In this document: positions 38,044 to 49,681 of the stretch, piece after piece | Layout of the letters: the number at the start of each line of letters is the position of its first letter | Position numbering within the stretch: the stretch's first letter is position 1 | The notes under the pieces: generated by a model | The model's input: only the letters and a program-made list of their open reading frames with translations | Told to the model about the DNA's origin: nothing | Databases searched by the model: none | Translations under genes and position numbers: made by a program | Assembly (NCBI RefSeq): GCF_022045235.1 | Contig: NW_027266266.1 | Location: forward strand, 24,800,001-24,864,000 | Source: Haliotis cracherodii | Taxonomy: Eukaryota | Direction: 5' to 3' | DNA length: 64,000 nucleotides

Positions 38044-40631
38044 ATGAACTCCTACGCCCAAGGTATGCCTTTACTTCTGAATGAGTTAATTTGGCTTTTT
38101 TTCCCCTTTCTTTTATGACTTATTTACTTAATTGGATCTGAAGTAAGCCTAGATCTAGCTGATGGAAAAAGAAGAAAGTTCCAGAAAAAAATGCCATCAA
38201 AGATGATCACTTGTCCAGTGTTCAGATCTTTTCCGCGTTAATTGAGGCCAATTTTTCAGCCCTTTGGATCTAAACACATTCGGGTTTTTTTTAAATTTTA
38301 TCTAGCGATATCTACTCGACTTCAGGCTAATGGAGGCGTTCTCGACACGGATACCATCGATTTTATGGGGACTGATGAGGGGATACCAAAAGAGATACGC
38401 TGGATCCAAAACATTTAACAATATATTCAGGGTACATTTCGATAGATCTAATTGTACCCCAGGCACATGTCGATGGTACCCAGGTCGAGAACATTCTCAT
38501 CACTTAGGCCACTGTCAGAGCTGATGGTGTGAGGCTAAAAACGTTTTAGGAGGCGAATGTTCCATTGGTCCTTGATTACCCTCACATCACATTTAAGTTT
38601 GGGATTCACTGATTCTTACTTGTTTTTGTGTAATTAAATATGGGAAATCAGCGGTAGAAACTAACAGTTTCAGTCCACTAGTCCTTATAATGAAAACATA
38701 TAGCAAAATTCCTAAAAATGGCAAATTTCTACTAGTCCTTATGATACCTTTACTATTGGGCAGTTGGCAAGGACAACAGGACTAGTGCCAATTTCTAACG
38801 CTGGAAATCACACAAGAAGAATTTGTCATTTCTTAAACTCTTAGTGATTCGTTTTCCTGTCCAAAATGTAGGTTATTTGCCTCTTTGTCTTATTAGCAGT
38901 GTCTTTACTAGGCCATTTTCAGTAGTCTACTGCAGTTTACCTTCAATTTGCACAAATGAGGTTTTCTGTAAGTGTTAGCCAGCAGGCATAGGTCAGCTAT
39001 TAGTAGCCCTATATACATATAGTTTATACGTCATTAATAAGTGAGGTAGTGTTGGTTTCCAAGGCTGTTTCTAATAAACGGATATTGGTTTCTTCTATGG
39101 TTTATAGAGCTGTTCAACACATAGATACAACAAACAAATACCAATGAGTATACAATTCATTGATAGCCTAATATCAGCATACTGAGTTGAATTGTGATTG
39201 AAATAAGAATAAGAATAAGAAATCATTTTTCTACCTTTTAACTCCTAGACTGACTACACTGTTACCTATACACGTACTCTTAAATACAAGAACTTTGGTG
39301 TACAAAAACACTTCATGTACATGTGTTCGCTTGTTTTATATATCTAAACAAACACTTTGAGTTAAGATAATTTCATTTACATCACTGCTTTATGAACACA
39401 CACAGCCTTAGACAAGTCCTATAGTCCTTGCCCCACTGCCCAATAGGTAAGGACAGTAGAAATTTGCCCTTTTTAAGGGTTTTGCTATGTGTATTCAGTA
39501 TAATGACTATTATAGTGGACTAAAACTATCGCTGACATGGCCAGTACTTTTAGTTCAGTCTACACCAATACACCAATACACATTATATTTCTGATATAAC
39601 CCTAAAAAATGCCATATTTCTACTAGTCCTTATGATACCTTAAGTATTGTGCAGTTTGGCAAGGACTATAGGACTAGTGCCAATGTCTAACGCTGACATA
39701 TATCTTTAACAATGTTTTTGCAACTCTACATGTCCCATAGCAGTTTACCTAATAATATAGTGATGTATATATCTGCCAAAAATTTGTGTATTTTATGTTG
39801 TTCCACCACCTCATCATTGACAGAGTAGCTTGTATCTTCCACAATCTGTGTATCCTGTGAGTGTTAAGACTTCATCCAGTGATGTAATCATCGTCCTTCA
39901 CTTTTTAGAGTGTAATATTATTTGACTATGATGACAATGGATCAACAGAAAAACTGTAAACATTCTAAAACTCGTTTGTGTACTGTACAGTTGATCCTGT
40001 CTTGTTTATCCCTATTTAAGACTCCCATTCCTTCTTACTTGACAGCTGTTGACCTCGTGATCAGGTTCCCCTTGAACTTTGACATCTGGGCCCCTCCTCG
40101 CCAAGTGGGTGTCTTAGGAATTATTAATTTACTAGTTGTTCTAAAACTGAAACTATGTCTTGTATTTGATGAGTGTATGGACTTTTCTATATGATCTTTA
40201 ACTAACACACATACTATTGACTTGCAAACTAATGTACATGTGGAGTAATAAACACACATCTTTATCACTAACGTTCTCCTGACATTATGCATCATGAGTA
40301 TCCCTTAAATTCAATCCATTTCCATCATCTACCTTCACCTTTCTCTACTTTCTACTTAAATCTTCTGTCACTCTCCACATGTCCTTCTCTCCCTCCCTGT
40401 CAGCATCGTCCTGGGAGATACATGACCATCCTTGACCCCTTGTCTGAGCTGCCCACCCTTCCCACCTCTCTCCCTGCCCCTCTCTCTACCCCCGTCCTCA
40501 GTGATGCCCCTCACTTCGTCGATATCAACCTCCATGATGACGACACCCCGACCCAGTCCCCAGTTCGAGTCTTCCTGTCACGTGTGTCTGGATTCTTGAG
40601 GAGAGTGTTCCGTGTCAAGATGGACGCTTAG
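38044..40631 (+). CDS. Uncharacterised 101-aa protein, tandem copy 3
   Basis: Exons 38044-38062 (MNSYAQ), 40046-40104, 40404-40631; open frame, canonical splice sites. Confidence 0.8.
38649..38803. mobile_element. CAGCG-terminus MITE with 5-bp TSD
   Basis: CAGCGGTAGAAA ... TTTCTAACGCTG flanked by GAAAT/GAAAT; empty site GGGAAATCCCACAAG in copy 1 (about 19811). Confidence 0.8.
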
Positions 40632-41451
40632 AGTGACATCTTGCTACCTCTTGGACCATGTGTCATATAATGATTAATTACATTCAATCATAAATACCAG
40701 ATATATTGTGCTTTTGGCAATTTTGGACCTTTCGGACGTTTTTCTACTTTTCGTACCTTTCAAACACTTTGTGCTTTTGGTTGTTTTTTTCCCCCAGAAA
40801 TGTACGCTATTTGTATTATACGTTTAAAGACGTATATTTTGATTTACACATTTTGGCACTTTCGGACAAGGTTTTAACTTCTATTTTATTTGATTAAATC
40901 GATTACCAATCAATATCAACTATTAAAGATTGTCTTTAGTTTTTAGCTCTTTTGTTTTGTCTTTTGTTAAATAACACACGATCTTGAAAATCAATCAAGC
41001 CACGCGTGGTATGTGCAGAAACCTGAATCGGTGCAAAGTCATGGTTAAAACGACTGGTTAAAATTACTGTGGCGTCTGTGCCATGTACCCGAACTAGGGC
41101 GCTATTTATCTTCAATATTGCACGGGGAGAATCAAGACAACTACATTGTTCGACACCATCGTTTATTCTCCCCAAGGGAAGCAACTCTCATCGGTACAAC
41201 ATCTTCGGTAAAGGCCAACGGGATTATCTCCCTTAAAAATACAACTATAACCGTCAGATACGGAACAAAGTTACAGCAATTGACCTCTCCGTCGAATTTT
41301 ATTGACAGCTGACTTGACCAATCAGCGAGTCGCTCTGACAGTCTGCGCACGCATACTTTGACTGTAGTCACTTCCTTAGACAAACAAGCTTGTCTAAGTT
41401 GGGCCGGCGCGCTTTACGCAATCGTTCTATCGGCCAACATATCCAGAAAAA

Positions 41452-44400
41452 ATGGTAAAGAGGTGCAGTCACGGTCTGTGCAATAGTGATGACAGGTATC
41501 CTGAACGACTTGAAGGCGGTGTCAAGTTCATACCGTTTCCAAAACCGAAGACTGACTACGAGAAGTGCCTACGGTGGATAAAACTTTGTGGGCGACCGCA
41601 TAATCAGCTCAATCCGTCAAACATCAACTGCAATAGATATGTTTGCACAAAGGTACATTTCCCGTACATTTAATCAATTTTATAGTTGGATACGTCATTT
41701 TGTTTGGCAGCGATCAGTTTTCCTATTACCATTGGCCAAGTAGTGAATATAAATTAGCTGGGTTGGTAATCGTCGAACAGATGTATAAAGATCTATGTAT
41801 ATAAAGATTTCACAAACTTATTGAAAACTTTTGAATTCATTGTGTTTATATACATTATACATCGGTTTATCCACATAATAGAGGTTTTTATGTTAAATTT
41901 GATTTTCAGCACTTCGTCAACAATTTTCCATGTGAGCAACATCCAGACCCATTACCTGCCAATCACTTTGACAAGGCTGGACTGACTAGGAAGCCCCCTA
42001 CAAAAAGAAAGCCCACTGATGATGGAACTCAGAGGTTTGTGTACACTGTAAGAAGCCATTGATTGGTTTTTTACAATTTGTTTATCAATTTACATGATCA
42101 AATACTTTGTAAAATTTCTACAGTTGATTCAGTTGTTCCATCTTGTTCACATAAGTTCGTAAATAAGATTTTCTGATCTTGTAATGAATACTGCCCAGGG
42201 GAAATGTATGTTGTTAATTTGGATGAAATAAAAATAAATGAGTTCTGCATGGAACAAACAATAAATAGGGTAGGTAGGTATGGCTTTTGTTCTTTAAATT
42301 GTTTGTTCATTTAATAAAAGTTTGATAACGAGATTGGCTAATGTGAAAATTCAGTGTTAGCCAAAAAGTTGGAGAGATTAGAAGGTAATACAGGTTGAGA
42401 TAGCACATGAGGAAATTTATTAGATGTGTTGAGTGTCTCATTAACACCCAGTATGATGTGAAATTGTTTGATAAGGTAATGTATGCATCCAGTCAGCACC
42501 TATATGGGTCACACTTTATCCTCTTTTGCTATTAAACATTGTTATATGACACTCATGCACATTATACTGTATGAACTCAAATAACAGACACACAAATATT
42601 TGATATTGGTTTAATTTTATCTTCTCAAACAACAATCAATAGTAACTTTGTAAAAGTTTATAGTTTCAAATATTATTGCAGATTGGAGCCAACAGAAAAG
42701 ATAGCTAAATCTGACAACCCATCTTTACCTTCTGCCACTGCTGTTCATACAAGTTCAAACGTGACAACAGATTGTCAGACTGACTCATGCTGTAAGTGTA
42801 CACACATTCTGAGAACTTGGCAAACACAGTACTGGTTTAACATGCTGAAAGTAAAAAGCACTCAATTCATCCAACATTTGTTGCATAAACACAGGAAGAG
42901 GAAAAATTCTTTGTATGAACAGGTCTTTTTTTGTGAAAACAACAAAGTCACAAAAGGCAGCACCTGAAATCATGAGTTGTCCTTGAACTTGATAAAAATA
43001 TTCATGATTATGGGGAGCTTTCTTGATTGAAATTATCCCATCTGTATTTTGCAAGCAGAACTTTGGCAATAAACAGCAGGCATCACTGATGGACATGTCT
43101 CGGGCTGAGTATGGACATTTTACTTCTATGATGCCTGTAATACCATCTTCACACACCTTCCCATCTGGTGTAGCTCCTAGAAATGGAAACTTTCTGTTCA
43201 CTACAAGACCACAATCATGAACATGATTACCTGACTGCTTAATGTATTTTTCAATAGCTTGTCTTTCATTACTTTTGCCATAGCTGGTTGCAGCAGATGT
43301 GAAAGCCTTTTCATTTATGATATTGTTGATGAACTTTTCTGTGATGGTTTTTCTTTTGAGTATGATCCCAAATGTGGATGCTGTCAGCCTGTGTTTCCTG
43401 GCTTGAAACCACATCTGACTGTTGGTCTGGTCCCTTGTTAGTTGCTCTAACTGTTCACATTGCTCCTGTTTCATATCCTCGATGTGGTACTCTGCTCCAA
43501 GGGTCACTGTGGCGGCCTGGGGAAAAGCTAGATTGCCACATCTAGTGCCAACAGATTTTATTGGCTCAGTCTCAAAAAACTTTGCCTGAAATAAAAAGCA
43601 AACTGACATGAGATCAAATTAACAATGTTTATTTGTCATTACATTATAACATCAATTTGTATTTGGCAGAATTGATTTCCTTTTACTTTTAAATGTTTCA
43701 GGGATCGACCCAATGGATATGATAGCACTTATTGCAGAGAATGAGAGCCTGAAGAGAGATCTGTCAACATGCAGTTTGGAGCTTATAGATGTCATGAGAA
43801 AGCTGAAAGATACTGAAGAGGAATGTGAACATCTAAAAAAGCAAAAAACATTTACTTTTTCGATTGATGTTATATTGGAAGATGCTAAGCTTATTAAGTA
43901 CTACACAGGCTTTAACAAAGAAACCTTCATTGCCATATATAGGTATTTAGTTCCAGATCCTCAATCATGTCCTCTTAGGTATCTTGGGAAAGGAAAATTG
44001 TCCAAAATTAGGAAACTTTCCCTTGAAAATCAGTTGTTTTTGACGCTTTGCAAACTGAGGAATAATTTTCACTTGCAGGATTTGGCTTTTAGATTTGCAA
44101 TTACTCAGCAAGTTGCAGGGGTTATCTTCAATTCCTGGATAAATTACATGTTTCTCAGGTTTGGTGAGGTAAGCATCTGGCCCCACAGAGATGTCTTGTA
44201 TGAAAGGATGCCAGAGGACTATAGGAAAGATTTTCCAAGTACATTTCCTATTGTTGACTGCACAGAAATTAGAATTCAAAAACCATCTTCACTAAATACC
44301 CAAACTCAAACGTACAGCAATTACAAGTCCACTAACACATTGAAGGCATTAGTGGCTGTAGATCCGAGAGGCTCAGTTATTTTTATTTCTATGCTGTTCT

Positions 44401-44789
44401 CAGGGGCAATGTCAGACAAAGAAATATTTAAGCAGTCAGGTTTTCAGTCAACACTGATTGATCTTATTGAGATTGGTTATCTGGAGGAGGGAGATGGAAT
44501 TATGGCAGATAAGGGGTTTGATATTGAAGCAGAAGTAGAGAAAACAGGGCTTCGACTGAATATACCACCATTTGCTAAGTCTGGTGTACAGATGAGCCAA
44601 AAAGATGTCACCTTCACTCAGAAGATTGCTGGGCACAGAGTACATGTCGAAAGAGCTATACGCAGAATCAAAAGTTTCAAGATTCTCAGTGGCCGCATTC
44701 AGCTATCAATGTTGTCTTCAATTGATCAAATTTGGTATGTTTGCTCTTTTCTGACAAATTTCATGCCTCCTTGTATCAGAAAGAAGTAA
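41452..44789 (+). CDS. THAP-domain Harbinger/ISL2EU DDE transposase, 4 exons, 507 aa
   Basis: Exons 41452-41652, 41910-42034, 42682-42791, 43702-44789 join in frame (1524 nt). THAP: C-x4-C...FP...W...C-T-K|H-F; then a coiled coil, an HTH region (QLFLTLCKLR...DLAFRF) and the triad VDCTE / MADKGF / RVHVERAIRRIK. Confidence 0.9.
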
Positions 44790-46927
44790 ATTGAGACACA
44801 GTACATGTAGTTGTTTTTGCAACACTGCAAAATTCTTTTTAGACCTATCATGTTATCAGGCTAAATTTGTGTTTGTACTGCATACCAAGGTTCTGCTGTC
44901 ACATGTTTGTTAGCATTGTTTGAGCTTGGGCCAAAGGTCAGATTCACAGGTAGCAATGTAAAATTACATCATTTACATAATAATAACAGTACCATATTAA
45001 ATTCAAACATAATCATGATAATACTTTTGTCAAAACTGAACCACTTGAACTATAATTTTATGTGACCTGTCACCTATTCAATTACATGAAGTGATTTTAA
45101 TCCAAACTTCCTTTCGCCCAAACACATGAAGTAATCTTAATTCCAGCTTTTCTTTGCTAGATAGGATATTGTCCCTGATTTGACCTGAGCTTATAAACAT
45201 GTAGCTTTAGCCCTATTTACCATGTCTTACTGTTACTATAGTGTTAAAACATGACAGTGTACAATGGGACCTTGATAATGGTCACACCATGTGAAAAACA
45301 TCCTCCAGTAATAATGATATAGAGTAAAATTACTGTACAAAATTCTGAATTGCTGTATAAGGAGTTTCACTATAATAGCATCCTCAATATCTATGGTGGC
45401 TACCCCTTAACAAACATGTTAAGGTTGGATATATCCAGTCATTTCCCATTGAGTTACAACATGCTTGGCAGGTAAAGGCTGTGGTCAAATTCTAACAAAC
45501 ACTAAAACCATTGCTAAACTTACATGCGTTGACAAGCCACTGCCAACAGGGACTGGTCCCACATGAGCGTGCACAGTTTTAGAGGGGTTGCAGACGAGGT
45601 ATCCAATGGGAAGGTGTTTTAGGCCTTGAAGATGTTCAACATCTGCTTCCTCGACCCGTACATTTCTGTAAAATGTAATTGTCTATCTCACTTTCTTAAT
45701 CCAGAGAACTTATTGTGAAAACGTGAAAGCTCACTTCCTTGTTGAAGTTTATCCTGTTGATGAATTCAAATGTGTCTTGTTGAAATGTAATACATTTAAG
45801 AGTGATAAACATGATAATTATGGCATCTATTTCCATTGAACATGATGATTATCATTTAGTTTATATCAATGTATATTTAGTTATGTTAATGTTTATGATA
45901 CATGTGATACCAGTGAACTTTATGTATACATTTGTTTGCTTTGAGTGAAATAAGGAAAGCATAATTCATGAAATAAATCAGTATAAATCAAGTACCTGCA
46001 TTCTGTCAATGTATTAGTAACTGGTTTCTTTTTCCTGTCTGGTTTGGGGTTGACAAAAACTAAATGTGGTACATCGCCTGCTTCAACTTTGGTACACCGA
46101 GGTTTGCTCCACTGTTCTGGAAGTGATGTACTGGACAGCTTTGATGGAACCTCAGTGAAACCCATCAACTGCCATTGCTGCAGTGCTATGATGAATCCAA
46201 TGACATGGGAACATGATCCACTAGCTCTGAAAAATTTAGTGAAATTCAAAATTGATGCTAAATCAAATTGCAAGTTTTTATAATCCATACAAATAAAACA
46301 TTAAAAAGTTCGTTGCATATTTGACAAATATATCAGATGTTAATATTGATCTTTTTTTAACAGGTGATAAGGTGTTTTTGGTATGGAGTCCAGTACTGTA
46401 AATTAACACACAATAACTTTTCTTTCGTCAGGAGATTTGAGTGAAATGTCTTTACATAAATTTATTATCATGATCATTACCTCTGGATGTAACTATTATC
46501 CTGTTAGCCTCAGTATATTGAACGAATGTATCACGAAATTAGGGAACATGATACGTTTGTATCAACAATAAATATTACGGGATAATGCATCTTGTCAACA
46601 GTAATGAGACAAACCTGGTTGTCAACGGTCAACTTACCCTGCTTGACATGAACAATAGGCATAGGAAATTTCTTCAGGCTTGATGTCAACATGAACAGCA
46701 TGGGGCGGCTCGTTTTTCTTCATACTGCGATAGCACTTGGCACTACTGACGATGGTGTCATTCTCTCCGTAAGTCATGCTTACTGAATGGAAGTACCCCT
46801 CACTAAAAAACTTAAACCCTTGCTGTTTACTTTTCATTGAAAATGACACCTGTTTCATAAAAGAAGTCGACAAATCAACCTGTAAATCCGCCAACGAAGC
46901 TCTCCGAGTTTGACAAGAGGCAGCCAT
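42785..46927 (-). CDS. SWIM zinc finger + YqaJ/lambda-exonuclease protein, 4 exons, 487 aa
   Basis: Exons 46927-46638, 46226-45996, 45665-45524, 43585-42785 join in frame (1464 nt). SWIM CSCQAG|ASGSCSH spans exons 1-2; LPEQWSKPR; YqaJ motifs WFQARKHRLTAS, FLGATPDG, IEVKCPY, YFYQVQGQL, CDFVVFT. Confidence 0.9.
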
Positions 46928-48237
46928 GTTGTTTATAAGTTTGTCTAAGGAAGTGGCGGAAAGGTCGTGACCTCTTTGAAGGCGTGGCTTAAGGTGCCAT
47001 ACGGAGAGGTCAATTGTAACCAAACTACTCGCCACATCAACCTTATCTTTTCAAAGTGAGACCACTTGAACAAAACACATTTTGAAACATTTTTATATGA
47101 ACGGGACGGACAGCACCTATTCCTATTCCTGGCGGGGAACAAAAACAACGAAACAAATGGTCTTATTATTTAAATCTTACACTGTAATAATACCGTTTTA
47201 TAAACACAAAACACTAAAACACTATGGCAATACATTGTGTGGCTCCAGAATATGTAGTGAAATGAAACTAACAGATGCAAGACTGTTTTCTTCAAAATAA
47301 ATGCTACGAACATTCATCATAAATACCTTGCACACATTTGAAGCTAAATTATAACCACCGTAATAAAACAACACCCGTGACACATGTGCTTACCTGACGT
47401 TAATGTTTTGTTGCTACCAGAGAAATATGATGCATTATCTTTAAAGTACAACAGATACATTCCCCTGAATATCCTTAAAATGGACACACAAGGATGAAGT
47501 TCCTCAACAAAATGGAACTGTTACATTTAGAAACAAGTACTAGTACTTATACTGGTAAACCTACAGTCAGTTTATGACATTCATACAATTGTATCAACCT
47601 GCAAGTTGAACTTGAAACAAGAGAACTGACACGCGACAACAAAATTGTTACTTAAATCTGAAAATACCAAAATACAAGTAGTAACCATGATAATACAATC
47701 TACAGAACAATTAATAAAATCAGAGTCTTGGATTGAATATGTCCATATCTTTGAGTGAGTGTCTTCACCCATTTGTTGTTTGTTTATTTGTTGTTTAACG
47801 CAACACTCTGCAATATTCCAACTATATACGACGGCGGTTTGTAAATAATGGAGTCTGGACCTGACAATCCAGTGATGGATATCATGAGCATCAACCAAGT
47901 CAACGAGCCAGACAACCGACAACAAGCATATTCATCTTACGTCAAGCATAGGTTGCTGAAGACCTATTCTCACCGTGATATTTACGAGTTTCAACTAGTT
48001 TTTGACACAATTGGATGAGGAAGAGACTATATGGATGTCAACTACTTCATTATGAGGATCACAACGTTTCGGAGTATATGCTTTCTCCTTCATCAGGTGT
48101 AGCAGCAGTTGAACCAGTTTACGGTACACCATCATATCATCGGTAATCAAGGTCAACTGGATTATCTCCCCTTAATTATTAACATAAATAATGAAATACG
48201 ACTATAACCATCAGAACAAAGTTGCGTCAATTATGAC

Positions 48238-48639
48238 TAGGGCTGGGGCGAGATCAAATTTACTACCCGGGTACCCACCCCCCTGTTACCCGGCCCTACC
48301 CCGGTATCTGCTGTAGGTCTCAAGAGATTGGTCCAAATGTCCGATTGGGAATAGTTTGACCGTATTTAGATACTCGTATAAAAGGAACTTGTCATGCACA
48401 CACTGAAGTTGACGGAAGTTTTATCTTTATTCAAACACATAAAGTCAGAAGGAATGCGTGGCTAGTCAGAAGGAAATGTGAACATTTGTGACTAGTAGTG
48501 TTACCATTGTGTTCTAGATAATTTTGCCATTAAACAATATATCACGTGACTAACCAAGGGTCCGGGTAGTCCTGTGAGTACCCGGTTCCTACACAGTACC
48601 CACCCGACCTGAGTACGCGAGTTACCCGTCCCAGCCCTA
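48238..48639. mobile_element. hAT-like MITE
   Basis: TAGGGCTGGG ... CCCAGCCCTA, degenerate 8-bp TSD ATTATGAC/ACTATGTC. Confidence 0.8.
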
Positions 48640-49522
48640 ACTATGTCTAAACTTCTCCTCGCCCCATTACCCAAACAGTAACAGGCTCCTTACTTCTTTG
48701 GTGTAGACACAAAATGCACTATACCTTCTTCGTGTGCATAATTAATATCCAGAAAGTTGAATAGTCTTGCAATTTGTGCCAGCAAAGTAGTAAAACTGAA
48801 AAAAAACATACATTACTGAATAGCAAAAGGCACAGGTTCAGTATTTGTTTGGTGAGTATACAAAGTTTTATCTTAATGTCACCATTTATCAATGTTTATG
48901 ATTAATGTTCTGGAAAAGAACTCTACCATGAACAAAGTCATGAATAGAAAATGGCACTTTCCTGCTCTGTTTGCCGGGGCTGACTACTGTTGTGCTAACA
49001 ATTACTTTGGAAGGTGCCCATTGCTGTTATTTAACCAGTTCACTTTTCCTTCACTTCCAAAGCCTCTATGTGAAGGTCGATAGTTTACAGTTCTGAAGAG
49101 TGTGTCCAGTCAAGTCCACAACGACCGTTTCAATTATTTATTTTCCTGTATTCCAAAGATTGTTAACATCATATCTTATACAGAAGCCTATTGCCTGCTG
49201 GATTTTGATGCTCTGCGTCGTCGCTATTGTCTTGTCTGATATGCATACAATCTATACAACTCAGCAGCGAGAGAAACTAACAGTTTTAGTCAACTAGTCC
49301 TTATAATGGTAACATATAGCAAAGCCCTTTAAAAGTGCAAATTTCTACTTGTAATAATGATACTTTAACAACTGGGTCCCAGTCTGGCAAGGACTAACCT
49401 ACTAGAGCCAATGTCTAACGCTGCTCAGTGTGAACTCACTCGTTTTTAACCACCCAACAACTGAAAACATTACTGGGATCCTGACTTGCGTAGAGCATAA
49501 AGAAAACCAGTCAAGCTGTCAC

Positions 49523-49574
49523 GTCACGTGATACTATGACCGTCTCGCGAGATTGATGACGTCGCCATGACGAC
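49523..49574 (+). promoter_or_regulatory. Promoter cassette, copy 4
   Basis: GTCACGTGAT...TCTCGCGAGA...GTCGCCATGACGAC. Confidence 0.65.
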
Positions 49575-49681
49575 ACTTCACTACTGATATCGCCATTGCT
49601 GTGATCATCATACTGCTATCATCTTGCTACTATTTTGCTGCCATTTGCCTCGTATTTCGCTCATCTTCGTCTGCTTACGAC

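Larger units (their letters stand above)
41281..47012. mobile_element. ISL2EU-type (PIF/Harbinger-related) DNA transposon, 5732 bp, apparently intact
   Basis: 12-bp TIR TGACCTCTCCGT / ACGGAGAGGTCA with AT duplication. The empty paralogous site GTTACAGCAATTGTAACC at about 55029-55046 fixes the insertion point; the palindromic target makes TSD length ambiguous. Encodes a THAP+DDE transposase and a YqaJ exonuclease, the ISL2EU gene pair. Confidence 0.9.

Noticed and set aside
40287-40403. Single-exon 113-114 aa versions of the tandem protein (also 51797, 59855)
   Set aside because: The extension is the pyrimidine-rich end of intron 2 and is not called as an ORF in copies 1 and 2.
43713-44789. 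Domesticated HARBI1 host gene
   Set aside because: Lies within TIRs, with an empty paralogous site and a YqaJ partner gene, so it is a transposon gene.
46928-47035. N-terminal extension of ORF 46634..47035
   Set aside because: Starts outside the transposon terminus (47012); the AACATGGC start at 46927 is more plausible.
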